Source: Spirochaetota bacterium
GTDB taxonomy: Bacteria; Spirochaetota; UBA4802; UBA5550
DNA length: 64,000 bases
Direction: 5' to 3'
Assembly: GCA_041749375.1 (NCBI GenBank)
Contig: JBGTBN010000010.1
Location: forward strand, 9,828 to 73,827
Position 1 is the first letter of the stretch. Every line of letters begins with the position of its first letter. This document shows, in pieces, positions 17,874-26,365 of the stretch. The notes beneath the pieces were generated by a model that made no database searches, had not been told where the DNA came from, and was given only the letters and a program-made list of their open reading frames with translations. The translations under genes were made by a program, and so were the position numbers.

Positions 17874-20378
17874 TTATTTTCGAGGCTTGGCATTGCTGGT
17901 TGGAACTGCAACCCGGGGATTGTCGGGCCAGTAATGTTTGGGATATCTCCCCATCTGCTCTTTCTTTACATCTTTATAAGATCGATCCCAGAAACCGTTC
18001 AAATCGCTAGTGATCTGTATTGGCCGTCCTGCCGGGTTCAGCAAGTGTATTATGCAGGGAATGCCGCAAAGTTGAGGAGTTTCAGTGGACCCAAGGAATT
18101 CTTGAATACGAGCAGCTATAATCGGAATTTCTCCGCTTTCATAATCGATCGATTTCTGTGTTCCTGATGGTAGAGTGTAATGCTCTGGTGCCAGCTTGTT
18201 TAGGATAGTTATCCGATCCCATCCTAAACGATTTTCAAGTGCTGAAATGATTGTTTTTTCTTGAAGGAGTGGTTCGCCATTAAAGTTGCCTGTTGGGATA
18301 AGCCATGTCTCGATTTCATCGATTAGAGTTTGAGATGTGAAGTCCGGCCAATTATTCTGTGTGCCGAAATTCTGAACAAATCGGCATCGTGCTAGGTACT
18401 TGCAAGAAGACTTATTCCATGGAAGGCAATCCAGGCCTTCTTTCATAATGCGATTATAAGCGATTGTTATCGCCTTCTCCTTGGTGAGCTGTATTCCATG
18501 AGTTTCTTTCAGGACCAGTCTACCCAGACGGAGAATAATCCGGGATTTCGGTGTCCAGCCGTCCCATTCGGTAATATATTCTTCCTCGGGCTCGCCTGCC
18601 AGACCATTGATGATGTCCTCCTTATTAATTGGCGCTGCAAGAAATATTCGAGCGTCTGTTTCTCCTCCATCCAATTCTGCTATGGCGATAAATTCTTCTT
18701 TGGCAAGAGGGCCGGTCAGACGCGCACCCCTTCCACTTGCCAGCACCCATCGAGATGCTTTATCATTCATACTGGTCTTTTGTGCTGTGCGGTCGGGATA
18801 GGCCAGCGCAAGCAATGTACCGGCCAGATCGGGTTCGATATCGTGTGCATTAAGATAGTTATCGCTTCCAGTTTTGATACGCAGTATTCGACGAGATTCA
18901 TCCACTATGCGGTGAACGAGACTTTCTTGAAGGGAGCAATTCCTGCCATCGAGCCAAAGAGCAAGAGCCGAAAGCCGGTCACGGAAATCAGGGTCATCAT
19001 TTCCAGGAAAGTCTCCTTCTTCGATGATCGCAGCGGTGACCGCTGCCGTGGTTAGCCAGCCTTTACCGGCAGCTACCTGGATCATATGCCCCAACCGGGG
19101 GTGAAGCCCAAGAACAGTGGCATTCCGGCCCGTATCCGTAATGCGCCCGCTGTCATCGATAAGCGATAACTGTCGCAATAGGCCCGATGCCCTGTCTGTG
19201 GCCGCCCGTGGTGGCGGGGTAAGCCATTTTAAGTCGTAGGGAGAGACCGCGCCCCAGAGAGCTGTTTCTAAAACAAGGGGAGCCAGGTCTGACTCGGCTA
19301 TTTCCGGTGGTGAAAAATTTTCACGGCGGACTGCCTGGTCCCACCATCGAAGACAGAGGCCCGGGCCGAGCCTTCCCGCCCTCCCTTTCCTCTGTTCGGC
19401 CGATGCAACAGATATTTCCACTGTGTTCCAGTGGTCCATGCCGGTCCGGGGGCGGTAGCGAACCCGTCGCTCCAGTCCGGTGTCTACCACAACGCGGACT
19501 CCCGGGACCGTCAAGCTTGTCTCAGCCACGTTTGTAGAGAGTATTATACGCCTGCCGCTTCCTGGTTTCGGGGCGAGGACCGACCGCTGTTCTTCCGGGG
19601 TGATACGGCCATGGAGAATGACGACCCTTGCGCGGGGTTTCGGAAGCCGTTCGAGAATTTCCCTCGTACGGTGTATCTCGCGGAACCCGGGGAGGAAGAC
19701 CAGGACGTCCCCCTCCGATGGAGAGAGGATAGTTATCGCCTCGTTGGCCAGGCGGGCGGCACCTTCCCATGGCTTTTCGTATGGGAGGGGAGGCCGGTAT
19801 TCGACCCGGACCGGGTGTGAGCGGCCGCCTACCGATATGAGAGGTATTTCTCCATACGCTGCGCGTACCTCGTCAGCAGGCGGGGTTGCTGACATGAGGA
19901 GTATTTTAAGCCCGGGCCTGAGCGTTTCACGGCAGTCCCAGCTCAACGCCAGGCCCAGGTCACTCTGCAAATTTCGTTCATGGAATTCATCGAAAATAAT
20001 CGTGCCATAGGTATCAAGCGACTGGTCATGCTGCATGATCCGGGTGAGGACTCCTTCCGTCATCACTTCGAGCCGGGTCGTTTTCCCAATTATGGTTTCC
20101 TGCCGGGTGCGGAGCCCGACCGTCTGCCCGATCGTTTCGTCCAGGAGATCGGCAATTCGCTCGGCCGCGGCCCGTGCCGCGATACGGCGCGGCTGGAGAA
20201 GGATCAGCTTCAATCCGGCGAACGTTTCATGCGAGAGAAGACGCCACGGCACAAGCGTGGTTTTTCCCGCACCGGTCTCCGCGTGGAGCATGAGCGTACC
20301 TGATCCGGCGAGAGAGACCGCTATGTCATCGAGCCGTGCGTATACCGGAAGGGACGCAATTTCGTCGATTGAGCGCAT
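17874..20378 (-). CDS. hrpB: ATP-dependent RNA helicase HrpB (DEAH box)
   Basis: 834 aa. Contains AETGAGKTT, DEFHER, SAT, TNVAETSLT and QRKGRAGR, plus the long HrpB-type C-terminal extension. Confidence 0.9.
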   Translation of the reverse strand: MRSIDEIASLPVYARLDDIAVSLAGSGTLMLHAETGAGKTTLVPWRLLSHETFAGLKLILLQPRRIAARAAAERIADLLDETIGQTVGLRTRQETIIGKTTRLEVMTEGVLTRIMQHDQSLDTYGTIIFDEFHERNLQSDLGLALSWDCRETLRPGLKILLMSATPPADEVRAAYGEIPLISVGGRSHPVRVEYRPPLPYEKPWEGAARLANEAITILSPSEGDVLVFLPGFREIHRTREILERLPKPRARVVILHGRITPEEQRSVLAPKPGSGRRIILSTNVAETSLTVPGVRVVVDTGLERRVRYRPRTGMDHWNTVEISVASAEQRKGRAGRLGPGLCLRWWDQAVRRENFSPPEIAESDLAPLVLETALWGAVSPYDLKWLTPPPRAATDRASGLLRQLSLIDDSGRITDTGRNATVLGLHPRLGHMIQVAAGKGWLTTAAVTAAIIEEGDFPGNDDPDFRDRLSALALWLDGRNCSLQESLVHRIVDESRRILRIKTGSDNYLNAHDIEPDLAGTLLALAYPDRTAQKTSMNDKASRWVLASGRGARLTGPLAKEEFIAIAELDGGETDARIFLAAPINKEDIINGLAGEPEEEYITEWDGWTPKSRIILRLGRLVLKETHGIQLTKEKAITIAYNRIMKEGLDCLPWNKSSCKYLARCRFVQNFGTQNNWPDFTSQTLIDEIETWLIPTGNFNGEPLLQEKTIISALENRLGWDRITILNKLAPEHYTLPSGTQKSIDYESGEIPIIAARIQEFLGSTETPQLCGIPCIIHLLNPAGRPIQITSDLNGFWDRSYKDVKKEQMGRYPKHYWPDNPRVAVPTSNAKPRK
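18204..18215 (+). repeat. Motif copy GATAGTTATCCG inside hrpB
   Basis: Exact 10-mer. It encodes R-I-T-I on the gene strand (CGG ATA ACT ATC). Confidence 0.9.
18854..18865 (+). repeat. Motif copy GATAGTTATCGC inside hrpB
   Basis: Exact 12-mer. It encodes S-D-N-Y-L, a different frame from the other hrpB copies. Confidence 0.9.
19728..19739 (+). repeat. Motif copy GATAGTTATCGC inside hrpB
   Basis: Exact 12-mer. It encodes A-I-T-I (GCG ATA ACT ATC) in a GC-rich part of the gene. Confidence 0.9.
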
Positions 20379-20434
20379 TGTCGGATCAGGGGTTGTGCCC
20401 GAGCTGACGCTCAGGATGACCCGCGAGCTCCTGG

Positions 20435-22054
20435 TTATTCAATTCGTTTTATCCGCCCTCCGGCTGCTGCTTCAACCGTGCGCTGCTTCCGTATCGTGTC
20501 AACAAGAAGCTCCCGCAGCGGGAGGCCGGTTTTTGTCGATGGCTTGCCTGTGAATAGAGCGTATCCGTCGCCGCCGGAATGCATGAAATCGGTTATGGTG
20601 ACCGAGTAGGTTTTTGCCGGATCGATCGCTGCGCCGCCGACCAGGACATCGGCCACCGTCTTGCCCTTGATCGTGAACGAGATGCCGGATACATGGAGGA
20701 ATCCGCCGTCCTCGTCCGCTCGATTGCCCCGGGCCGAGCGATTCAGCGCCGTGAGGATTTCACCGCCTGTCAGCTTTGCCACTACTATCTCGTTGGGATA
20801 AGGCATCACCTTGAATACGCTCTCGATAGTTATCGGCCCCCTGTCGAGGCTGGACCTGAGCGATCCGGCGTTGATAAACGCGATGTCCGAACTCGTATAA
20901 TTGCGCATGACGTCCGCAACGAAGTCACCCAGGTTCGTCTCCTCGTACCTGATGCGCCCCCGCTCGCCGTCCATGAACACCAGGGATTCGCCGATTACCT
21001 CCTTGAATGTCGCGTCGAGCTTCGAGCTGTACGCGTCAACGATTATCTTGACCTGCGGGTCCGGTTTGATATCGGAGGTTATAGGCAGGTAGCTCGTTGT
21101 TATGATTTCGCCCCGCTTGAGCACCGGGTCTATCGCGATGTCGATTCTTCCCAGATATCGTCCTTTCTCGAATGCCTGGAGTACCGGGACCCCGTTCGCA
21201 TTCTTGACCGGCTCGAAAAGTATCTGGTCGTGGCCGCCTATGATGGCGGTGAGTCCGCCAACCTTGTGTGCTATATCGGAGTCGGTCTGGAACTTACTGT
21301 GAGATAGTAGTATAACCGGTCCGTTCAAGAATGACTTCAGAAAGTGGTAGGACACGGTCTGTACCGAATCCATCACGTCGAGCTTCTCAACGTTTTCCGG
21401 TGCGGTCGTGGTCATAAGCTCCGTGGTGGTAGCGCCTATCACGGTGAGTCTCAGTTTGCCTGAAATAGGGAAGACGGCAAGGGGCTCGTTTACCAGTTTC
21501 CTGGTGTCTTTCCAGACGATGTTTGAGCTGATAAATGGAAACTTCGCCGCTTTCTTCATCGCAAGAAAATTATCGAGGCCGAAATCGAACTCATGGTTGC
21601 CGACCGTCATGGCATTGACACCCATGGCGTTGAATATCTCGATATCGGGTTTTCCCTTGAAAACTGTGGACATCGGCGTGCCCTGTAAAACGTCTCCTGC
21701 AACGAGCAGGAATGTCTTTATCCCCAGCTTCCTGTTTTCAGCGCGGACCTGTTTTACCAGGGTTGCAATCCCGGCTATGCCACCCACGTCAACCGTGGTG
21801 CCGTCTTCCTTTTTTGTTTTAAAGGGCTGGAGGTTTCCGTGAAGATCGTTAAAGAACAGGACCGTGAATTTCTCGACACGCGCCGGGGCATTTTTCGAGG
21901 ATGATACCTTGTTCGCGACGCGCGCGCCCCGGATTGAGCCCGTGTGAGCGGCCTGTAACCCGGGCTTTGCATGATGGTCGAGATCGAAAGGAGCGAGCCA
22001 TGTCGCCAGTAGCAACGCAAGTGTGAATCTGGAAAGACGCCTGTTTGATTTCAT
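20435..22054 (-). CDS. Periplasmic bifunctional metallophosphatase / 5'-nucleotidase (UshA-like)
   Basis: 539 aa with a signal peptide. Contains metallophosphoesterase motifs (FNDLHG, GDVLQG, GNHEFD) and a 5'-nucleotidase C-terminal domain. Confidence 0.85.
   Translation of the reverse strand: MKSNRRLSRFTLALLLATWLAPFDLDHHAKPGLQAAHTGSIRGARVANKVSSSKNAPARVEKFTVLFFNDLHGNLQPFKTKKEDGTTVDVGGIAGIATLVKQVRAENRKLGIKTFLLVAGDVLQGTPMSTVFKGKPDIEIFNAMGVNAMTVGNHEFDFGLDNFLAMKKAAKFPFISSNIVWKDTRKLVNEPLAVFPISGKLRLTVIGATTTELMTTTAPENVEKLDVMDSVQTVSYHFLKSFLNGPVILLSHSKFQTDSDIAHKVGGLTAIIGGHDQILFEPVKNANGVPVLQAFEKGRYLGRIDIAIDPVLKRGEIITTSYLPITSDIKPDPQVKIIVDAYSSKLDATFKEVIGESLVFMDGERGRIRYEETNLGDFVADVMRNYTSSDIAFINAGSLRSSLDRGPITIESVFKVMPYPNEIVVAKLTGGEILTALNRSARGNRADEDGGFLHVSGISFTIKGKTVADVLVGGAAIDPAKTYSVTITDFMHSGGDGYALFTGKPSTKTGLPLRELLVDTIRKQRTVEAAAGGRIKRIE
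20825..20836 (+). repeat. Motif copy GATAGTTATCGG inside the 5'-nucleotidase gene
   Basis: Exact 10-mer. It encodes P-I-T-I (CCG ATA ACT ATC). Confidence 0.9.
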
Positions 22055-22124
22055 GACCCGGACCTCCGCTTCCTGCCAATTCCGTTGCTTATCAGGAGTA
22101 ACGGGGGCGGGAATTAAATCAAGA

Positions 22125-22330
22125 TTATTTTTGTTTCTTACGCTTTTTGTTTTTTACCTGACAATCATCGTACGGTTCCGGATGAACCGTCACGTCCGAA
22201 TCGGGTATGCATTCCTGGATCGTTTTTTCTATTATTTCGGTCAGCTCGTGCGCTCTCTTAAGGCTCTGCGTGTCGTCGGTCAGGATGTGGATGTCGATGA
22301 AAACATACTGACCCGGCCGCGTGCGAGGTG
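22125..22330 (-). pseudogene. Remnant of a cation diffusion facilitator (CDF) transporter, C-terminal cytoplasmic domain only
   Basis: The reverse frame reads ...RTRPGQYVFIDIHILTDDTQSLKRAHELTEIIEKTIQECIPDSDVTVHPEPYDD...*, the CDF C-terminal domain pattern. There is no start codon. The frame is open back to a stop at 22350-22352 inside the terC 3' end. The 6 TM helices are missing. Confidence 0.6.
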
Positions 22331-22338
22331 AGGGGATA

Positions 22339-23262
22339 TTATTTTTTCTTTATATTTTTCGGCGGAAACAGGAGAGACAGGATGATCGATAGTACCAATA
22401 TCCCTCCGACCGTGCCCAGTGCAATCCCGATGGGTATTTTGTAGAAGTCAGCGATGAGCATTTTAACTCCGACGAATACGAGGATGAGCGATAGCCCGTA
22501 ATTCAAATACGCGAAGAGCTGCATGATTCCGGAGATTGCAAAGTAGAGGGCGCGGAGGCCCAGGATCGCGAAAATGTTCGAAGTAAATACAATGAAGGGG
22601 TGCCGGGTGATGGAGAGTATCGCCGGTATTGAGTCTACCGCGAACACGATGTCTGTCGATTCTATGGCTATGAGCACGATGAAAAGCGGCGTCGCGTATG
22701 TCTTGCCTCCCTTCCGGGTGAAAAATTTGTTGCCCGTGTATTTCGTGTCGACCGGGAACAGTCGCTTGACTATTTTTAAAAGGGGATTCTGCTCCGGGTG
22801 GACCTCCTTCTCCTTCTCGAATGCCAGCTTGATCCCGATATAAACGAGAAATACTCCCAACACGTAAATGACCCAGTGGAGCCGTTCGATGAGGGCGACC
22901 CCGGCAATAATGAATAAGGCCCGCATGATGATTGCGCCGAGTATCCCCCAGAAGAGGATCTTGTGCTGAAAACGCGGCGCAACACCGAAATAAGAAAAGA
23001 TGATTATAAAAACGAATATGTTGTCAACGCTGAGGGCTTTCTCTATCAGGTAACCGGTCAGGAACTCGAGTGCGTAATCGGTCCCCATGTAAAAATAGAT
23101 GCCCAAATTGAATCCCAGGGAAAGCACGATCCAGAAAAGCGTCCAGAGGAGCGCTTCCTTGATCATGATCTCATGCTCTTTTTTCTGGAATACCTTCAGG
23201 TCCAGCACGAGCATTGCAATGATGAAAAGGATAAAGCCGCCCCATAATAGAATATCGGTCAT
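22339..23262 (-). CDS. TerC family integral membrane protein
   Basis: 307 aa. The N-terminus MTDILLWGGFILFIIAMLVLDLKVF...EALLWTLFWIVLSLGFN and the motif EKALSVDNIFVF are typical TerC/Alx. Confidence 0.85.
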   Translation of the reverse strand: MTDILLWGGFILFIIAMLVLDLKVFQKKEHEIMIKEALLWTLFWIVLSLGFNLGIYFYMGTDYALEFLTGYLIEKALSVDNIFVFIIIFSYFGVAPRFQHKILFWGILGAIIMRALFIIAGVALIERLHWVIYVLGVFLVYIGIKLAFEKEKEVHPEQNPLLKIVKRLFPVDTKYTGNKFFTRKGGKTYATPLFIVLIAIESTDIVFAVDSIPAILSITRHPFIVFTSNIFAILGLRALYFAISGIMQLFAYLNYGLSLILVFVGVKMLIADFYKIPIGIALGTVGGILVLSIILSLLFPPKNIKKK

Positions 23263-23326
23263 TGGTCTTCCTCTACATGGCAGTATAGCAGGCTTTGGCG
23301 GTTATGGCTCGCCCCGGGCTGTGTGC

Positions 23327-24031
23327 TCATTGTTTCGCCTCCGCGTGCTTTTCCATGCGGACTTTTAACACCTGGTAAAAAATGGGCAGAACAGAAATTA
23401 TGATTATGACAATCACCACGAGCGAGAAATATTTCTTCACTATCGGAATGTTGCCGAAAAAATAGCCGAGCAGGACAAAAGTCATTGGCCAGACTATGCC
23501 CCCGGTTATGTCAAAGGCGAGAAAGCGCGGGTAGTGCATGCGCCCGATGCCTGCCACGAAGGGCATGAAGGTGCGGATGATCGGCATGAACCGGGCAAGG
23601 ATGACGGTCTTGCCCCCGTGTTTCTCGTAAAATGCATGGGTCCGGTCCAGGTACCTTTTATTAAAGATGCGCACGTTTTCCCTGGAAAAAATCCTGGGCC
23701 CAACATGGTGGCCTATCCAGTAGTTTACGTTATCGCCGATAATCGCCGCGGACGAAAATACCACGATGAGCAGCGTTACATCGAAAGCGCCGATGGCTGC
23801 GAAGGCGCCTGCCGCAAAAAGGAGAGAATCGCCCGGCAGGAACGGGGTGACTACCAGGCCCGTCTCGCAGAAGACTATGATAAAAAGGATGACATAAGAC
23901 CAGATCCCGAATGTCTGGATTATCACGTTGATATATTTGTCAACATGGAGGACGATGTCGATGAGCGTTGTTATCAGTTCCACTGGTACCTTCCGGAGAA
24001 AAAAATACGCTTGCATAATCGCACCGTGCAA
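23327..24031 (-). CDS. DedA family membrane protein
   Basis: The motif ETGLVVTPFLPGDSLLFAAGAFAA...GPRIFSRE...YEKHGGKTVILARFMPIIRTF is the DedA signature. The ORF begins with TTG, so the true start may be further downstream. Confidence 0.85.
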   Translation of the reverse strand: MHGAIMQAYFFLRKVPVELITTLIDIVLHVDKYINVIIQTFGIWSYVILFIIVFCETGLVVTPFLPGDSLLFAAGAFAAIGAFDVTLLIVVFSSAAIIGDNVNYWIGHHVGPRIFSRENVRIFNKRYLDRTHAFYEKHGGKTVILARFMPIIRTFMPFVAGIGRMHYPRFLAFDITGGIVWPMTFVLLGYFFGNIPIVKKYFSLVVIVIIIISVLPIFYQVLKVRMEKHAEAKQ

Positions 24032-24094
24032 CGTTACGAGGGAATGCGTCCCTTGTCAAGAATATATAACGAGGGACGCTGCGATGAGCCCGGG

Positions 24095-25072
24095 TCAGTT
24101 GAGCTTGAACGGCCCCTTTTCGTTGAACTCGAGCTTGAGCAGGGACGTTTTGATCTCGTCCGGCAGCTTGATGTTCGAAAATCCCCTGAGCTGGTAAGAC
24201 CCGGCGCGGGTGCTGAACATGTTAACCACCGACACGCCCAGGGCCTTCGAGCTGAAGGTGTTGGTTATGCGTATCACTGACGCGTTGCCTTCTTGGCGGA
24301 CGGACCCCGTGGTTCCGTTGAGGATCTTCGCGTCATTGACGAGAAAATCATACGTGAGGTCCCGGCACGAGAGTTTCGCCTTCGTATTGTTTTTCACTTC
24401 GACGTCAAAGCTTATGCTGATGGGCACATCGAGCGACGTAAGATCGAGGGCCGGGGTGGTATCACGGCCGGATATCAGCCCCTCGAACATGCCCAGGAGG
24501 TTTTTGGGGTCCAGGTTCTTTTTCCCTGTCTCGATCAGAGAGCGCTTTATTTCGTCCAGTGTCGGCGCCTTGACGTTCACGTTAACAATTCTGAACGACG
24601 GTTTAAGTGCAGGGATCTTTTTCTCCACCGTGTAATTGAAGGTGATGTTTTTCTTTATCGATTCGAGCGCTTTCGGGAGTGGTATCACTATATCTATATC
24701 GATCTTGCATGCGAGATAATCGCGCTCCGCATAATTCTTGATGATCTTCATGATGTCTTCATATACGAGGGTAACCTTGACCGGGGTCATCTCGCTCCCG
24801 TTGGCCTTGACCGTTACTCCCTTTTTCGTCCTTGTCTTAAACAGTTGGTTTCCCTCGACCTGGACGTTGAAGCCGATATCCTCGAGCCTGAACCCGACGG
24901 GATAGGGATTGTTTAATTCGATCTCGAACAGAAAGGTGATATCCTTAAGGCTGATCGAGTCTATGTCGAACCGCTTGAGGCTTACTTCGGGTTTTTTTCC
25001 TATTAAATTTTCGAAGGCTGCGCATGAAAAAAGAATAAAGGGGAGTACCAGCAGGACCAGGCATTTTTTCAT
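24095..25072 (-). CDS. LEA_2 (WHy/LEA14-like) repeat lipoprotein
   Basis: 325 aa. Lipobox LFSC after the signal peptide. Three repeats of the pattern ...FEIELNNPYPVGFRLEDIGFNVQVEGNQL.... Confidence 0.7.
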   Translation of the reverse strand: MKKCLVLLVLPFILFSCAAFENLIGKKPEVSLKRFDIDSISLKDITFLFEIELNNPYPVGFRLEDIGFNVQVEGNQLFKTRTKKGVTVKANGSEMTPVKVTLVYEDIMKIIKNYAERDYLACKIDIDIVIPLPKALESIKKNITFNYTVEKKIPALKPSFRIVNVNVKAPTLDEIKRSLIETGKKNLDPKNLLGMFEGLISGRDTTPALDLTSLDVPISISFDVEVKNNTKAKLSCRDLTYDFLVNDAKILNGTTGSVRQEGNASVIRITNTFSSKALGVSVVNMFSTRAGSYQLRGFSNIKLPDEIKTSLLKLEFNEKGPFKLN

Positions 25073-25308
25073 GATGAGGCTCCTTTATCATGGATTTGAA
25101 GGTTGTATTAATGGTACCTGCAGCTCGGATAAATTTCAAGCTTTTTCTTATAGCGCCCTCACGGACGTCTTGAGGCCGTTTTCACGGCTGGAGTAAAATA
25201 ATCTTGCTTTTTTTTCTTCAGTCTGCACAGATATTAGCAGGCGGCAGTACCGGGCGAGAAGACCGCGATTGCAGGAATAATTAATATCAATATTTAAGGA
25301 GAACTATT

Positions 25309-25926
25309 ATGAAAGATACAATTCTGATCGGCGTACTCTGTTTTGCCGTAGCGGCTGTGACAGTGAACGGGTGTAAGAAACAGGAAGGGACTATAGACAA
25401 TCTGAAGAAGGCGATAACCGGTGAGACAACGGCCAGCGCGAAATATAAGGCCTGCGCAAAAAAGGCGAAAGAAGAGAAGCTTGACAAGATAGCCAGGCTG
25501 TTTGAGGCGGCCTCACTGGCCGAGAGCATCCATGCGAAAAAGCATACCGCAGTTCTGGAAGCGGCGGGTGCGAAAATGGACCCGATACTACCGCAGTTCA
25601 TGGTGAAATCCACAAAGGAAAATCTTCGGAACGCTATCAAGGGCGAGTCGCATGAAATCGATTCCATGTATCCCGAATTCATCCAGAAGGCCAGGGATGA
25701 GAAAGAGGACGATAGTGCCTTCTCGTTTGATTATGCCTTCCAGGTGGAGAAAAAGCATAAAGAACTGTTCACCGAGGCGCTCGGCGCGCTTGAAAAAAAT
25801 GAAATGAAAGCGCTTCCCGATACATATTTGGTCTGCCTGGTCTGCGGCAATACATTCGGCGCCAGGATCCCGGATGCATGCGAGATTTGCGGCGTTCCGG
25901 AAAAGGATTTCGTCGCCATTAAATAA
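25309..25926 (+). CDS. Rubrerythrin-family protein with N-terminal lipoprotein-type signal
   Basis: 205 aa. Ferritin-like ExxH pairs (GETTASAKY...AESIHAKKH; GESHEIDSMY...VEKKHKELF). C-terminal rubredoxin-like CxxC...CxxC (CLVCGNTF...CEICG). The N-terminus is MKDTILIGVLCFAVAAVTVNGC. SD AAGGAG lies upstream. Confidence 0.8.
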   Translation: MKDTILIGVLCFAVAAVTVNGCKKQEGTIDNLKKAITGETTASAKYKACAKKAKEEKLDKIARLFEAASLAESIHAKKHTAVLEAAGAKMDPILPQFMVKSTKENLRNAIKGESHEIDSMYPEFIQKARDEKEDDSAFSFDYAFQVEKKHKELFTEALGALEKNEMKALPDTYLVCLVCGNTFGARIPDACEICGVPEKDFVAIK

Positions 25927-25942
25927 GCATAACGACACTCAC

Positions 25943-25990
25943 GATAGGTCCGCAGGCGCTTGTGATAGGACCGCAAACGCTTGCGGACCT
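25943..25990 (+). terminator. Tandem 21-bp repeat / hairpin cluster after rubrerythrin
   Basis: GATAGGTCCGCAGGCGCTTGT followed by GATAGGACCGCAAACGCTTGC. CCGCAAacgcTTGCGG and GGTCC...GGACC pairings are possible. There is no clear T-run. Confidence 0.35.
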
Positions 25991-26229
25991 GTCAATTGAT
26001 GTATTATTTCCCCACCACTTTCGCGATCTCCCACATCTCGTTTGTGATACCCGGCACCTTTTCCGTTCCCGGGCCCTTGTAGGCGCAGAGCGGGGAGGAA
26101 CCACTATGCAAAGTTTATATTGTGAATTTATATTTATTAATCATCCGGAGAGAAACATTATGTCATATGACGATGCACCTGAGCGACACGGATTGCTTTT
26201 GAAAATTAATTGATGCCGTGAAAATTCTG

Positions 26230-26258
26230 TTGACACCGAAGTTCACTGCGTGTAGTAA
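26230..26258 (+). promoter_or_regulatory. Sigma70-like promoter upstream of the rnk-like gene
   Basis: TTGACA, 17 nt, TAGTAA(T). This implies a leader of about 100 nt. Confidence 0.4.
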
Positions 26259-26365
26259 TTAATCATTGCAAGACTGCGTCTCATTTGCTCTTTATCCGGC
26301 AGTTTTTCATCTGCAGGGTTTCCGCCGGTTTCTCGTGTCTGATTCGATTGAACGCGGGGGGAGAT

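Noticed and set aside
22023-22331. A 102-aa plus-strand ORF between the 5'-nucleotidase and terC genes.
   Set aside because: The reverse frame of the same DNA gives a clean CDF C-terminal domain. The plus-strand ORF has no recognisable features.
23263-24094. A yybP-ykoY (Mn) riboswitch, which often precedes TerC/Alx genes.
   Set aside because: Only about 65 bp separate terC from dedA, and about 63 bp separate dedA from the LEA_2 gene. That is too short, and I saw no matching conserved segments.
25276-25295. A possible PerR/Fur-type box (AATAATTAATATCAATATTT, dyad AATAT-CA-ATATT) upstream of the rubrerythrin gene.
   Set aside because: It is plausible biologically, but the sequence is just AT-rich promoter DNA and matches the 7-1-7 Fur-family consensus only loosely. 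It is not supportable without a regulon comparison.
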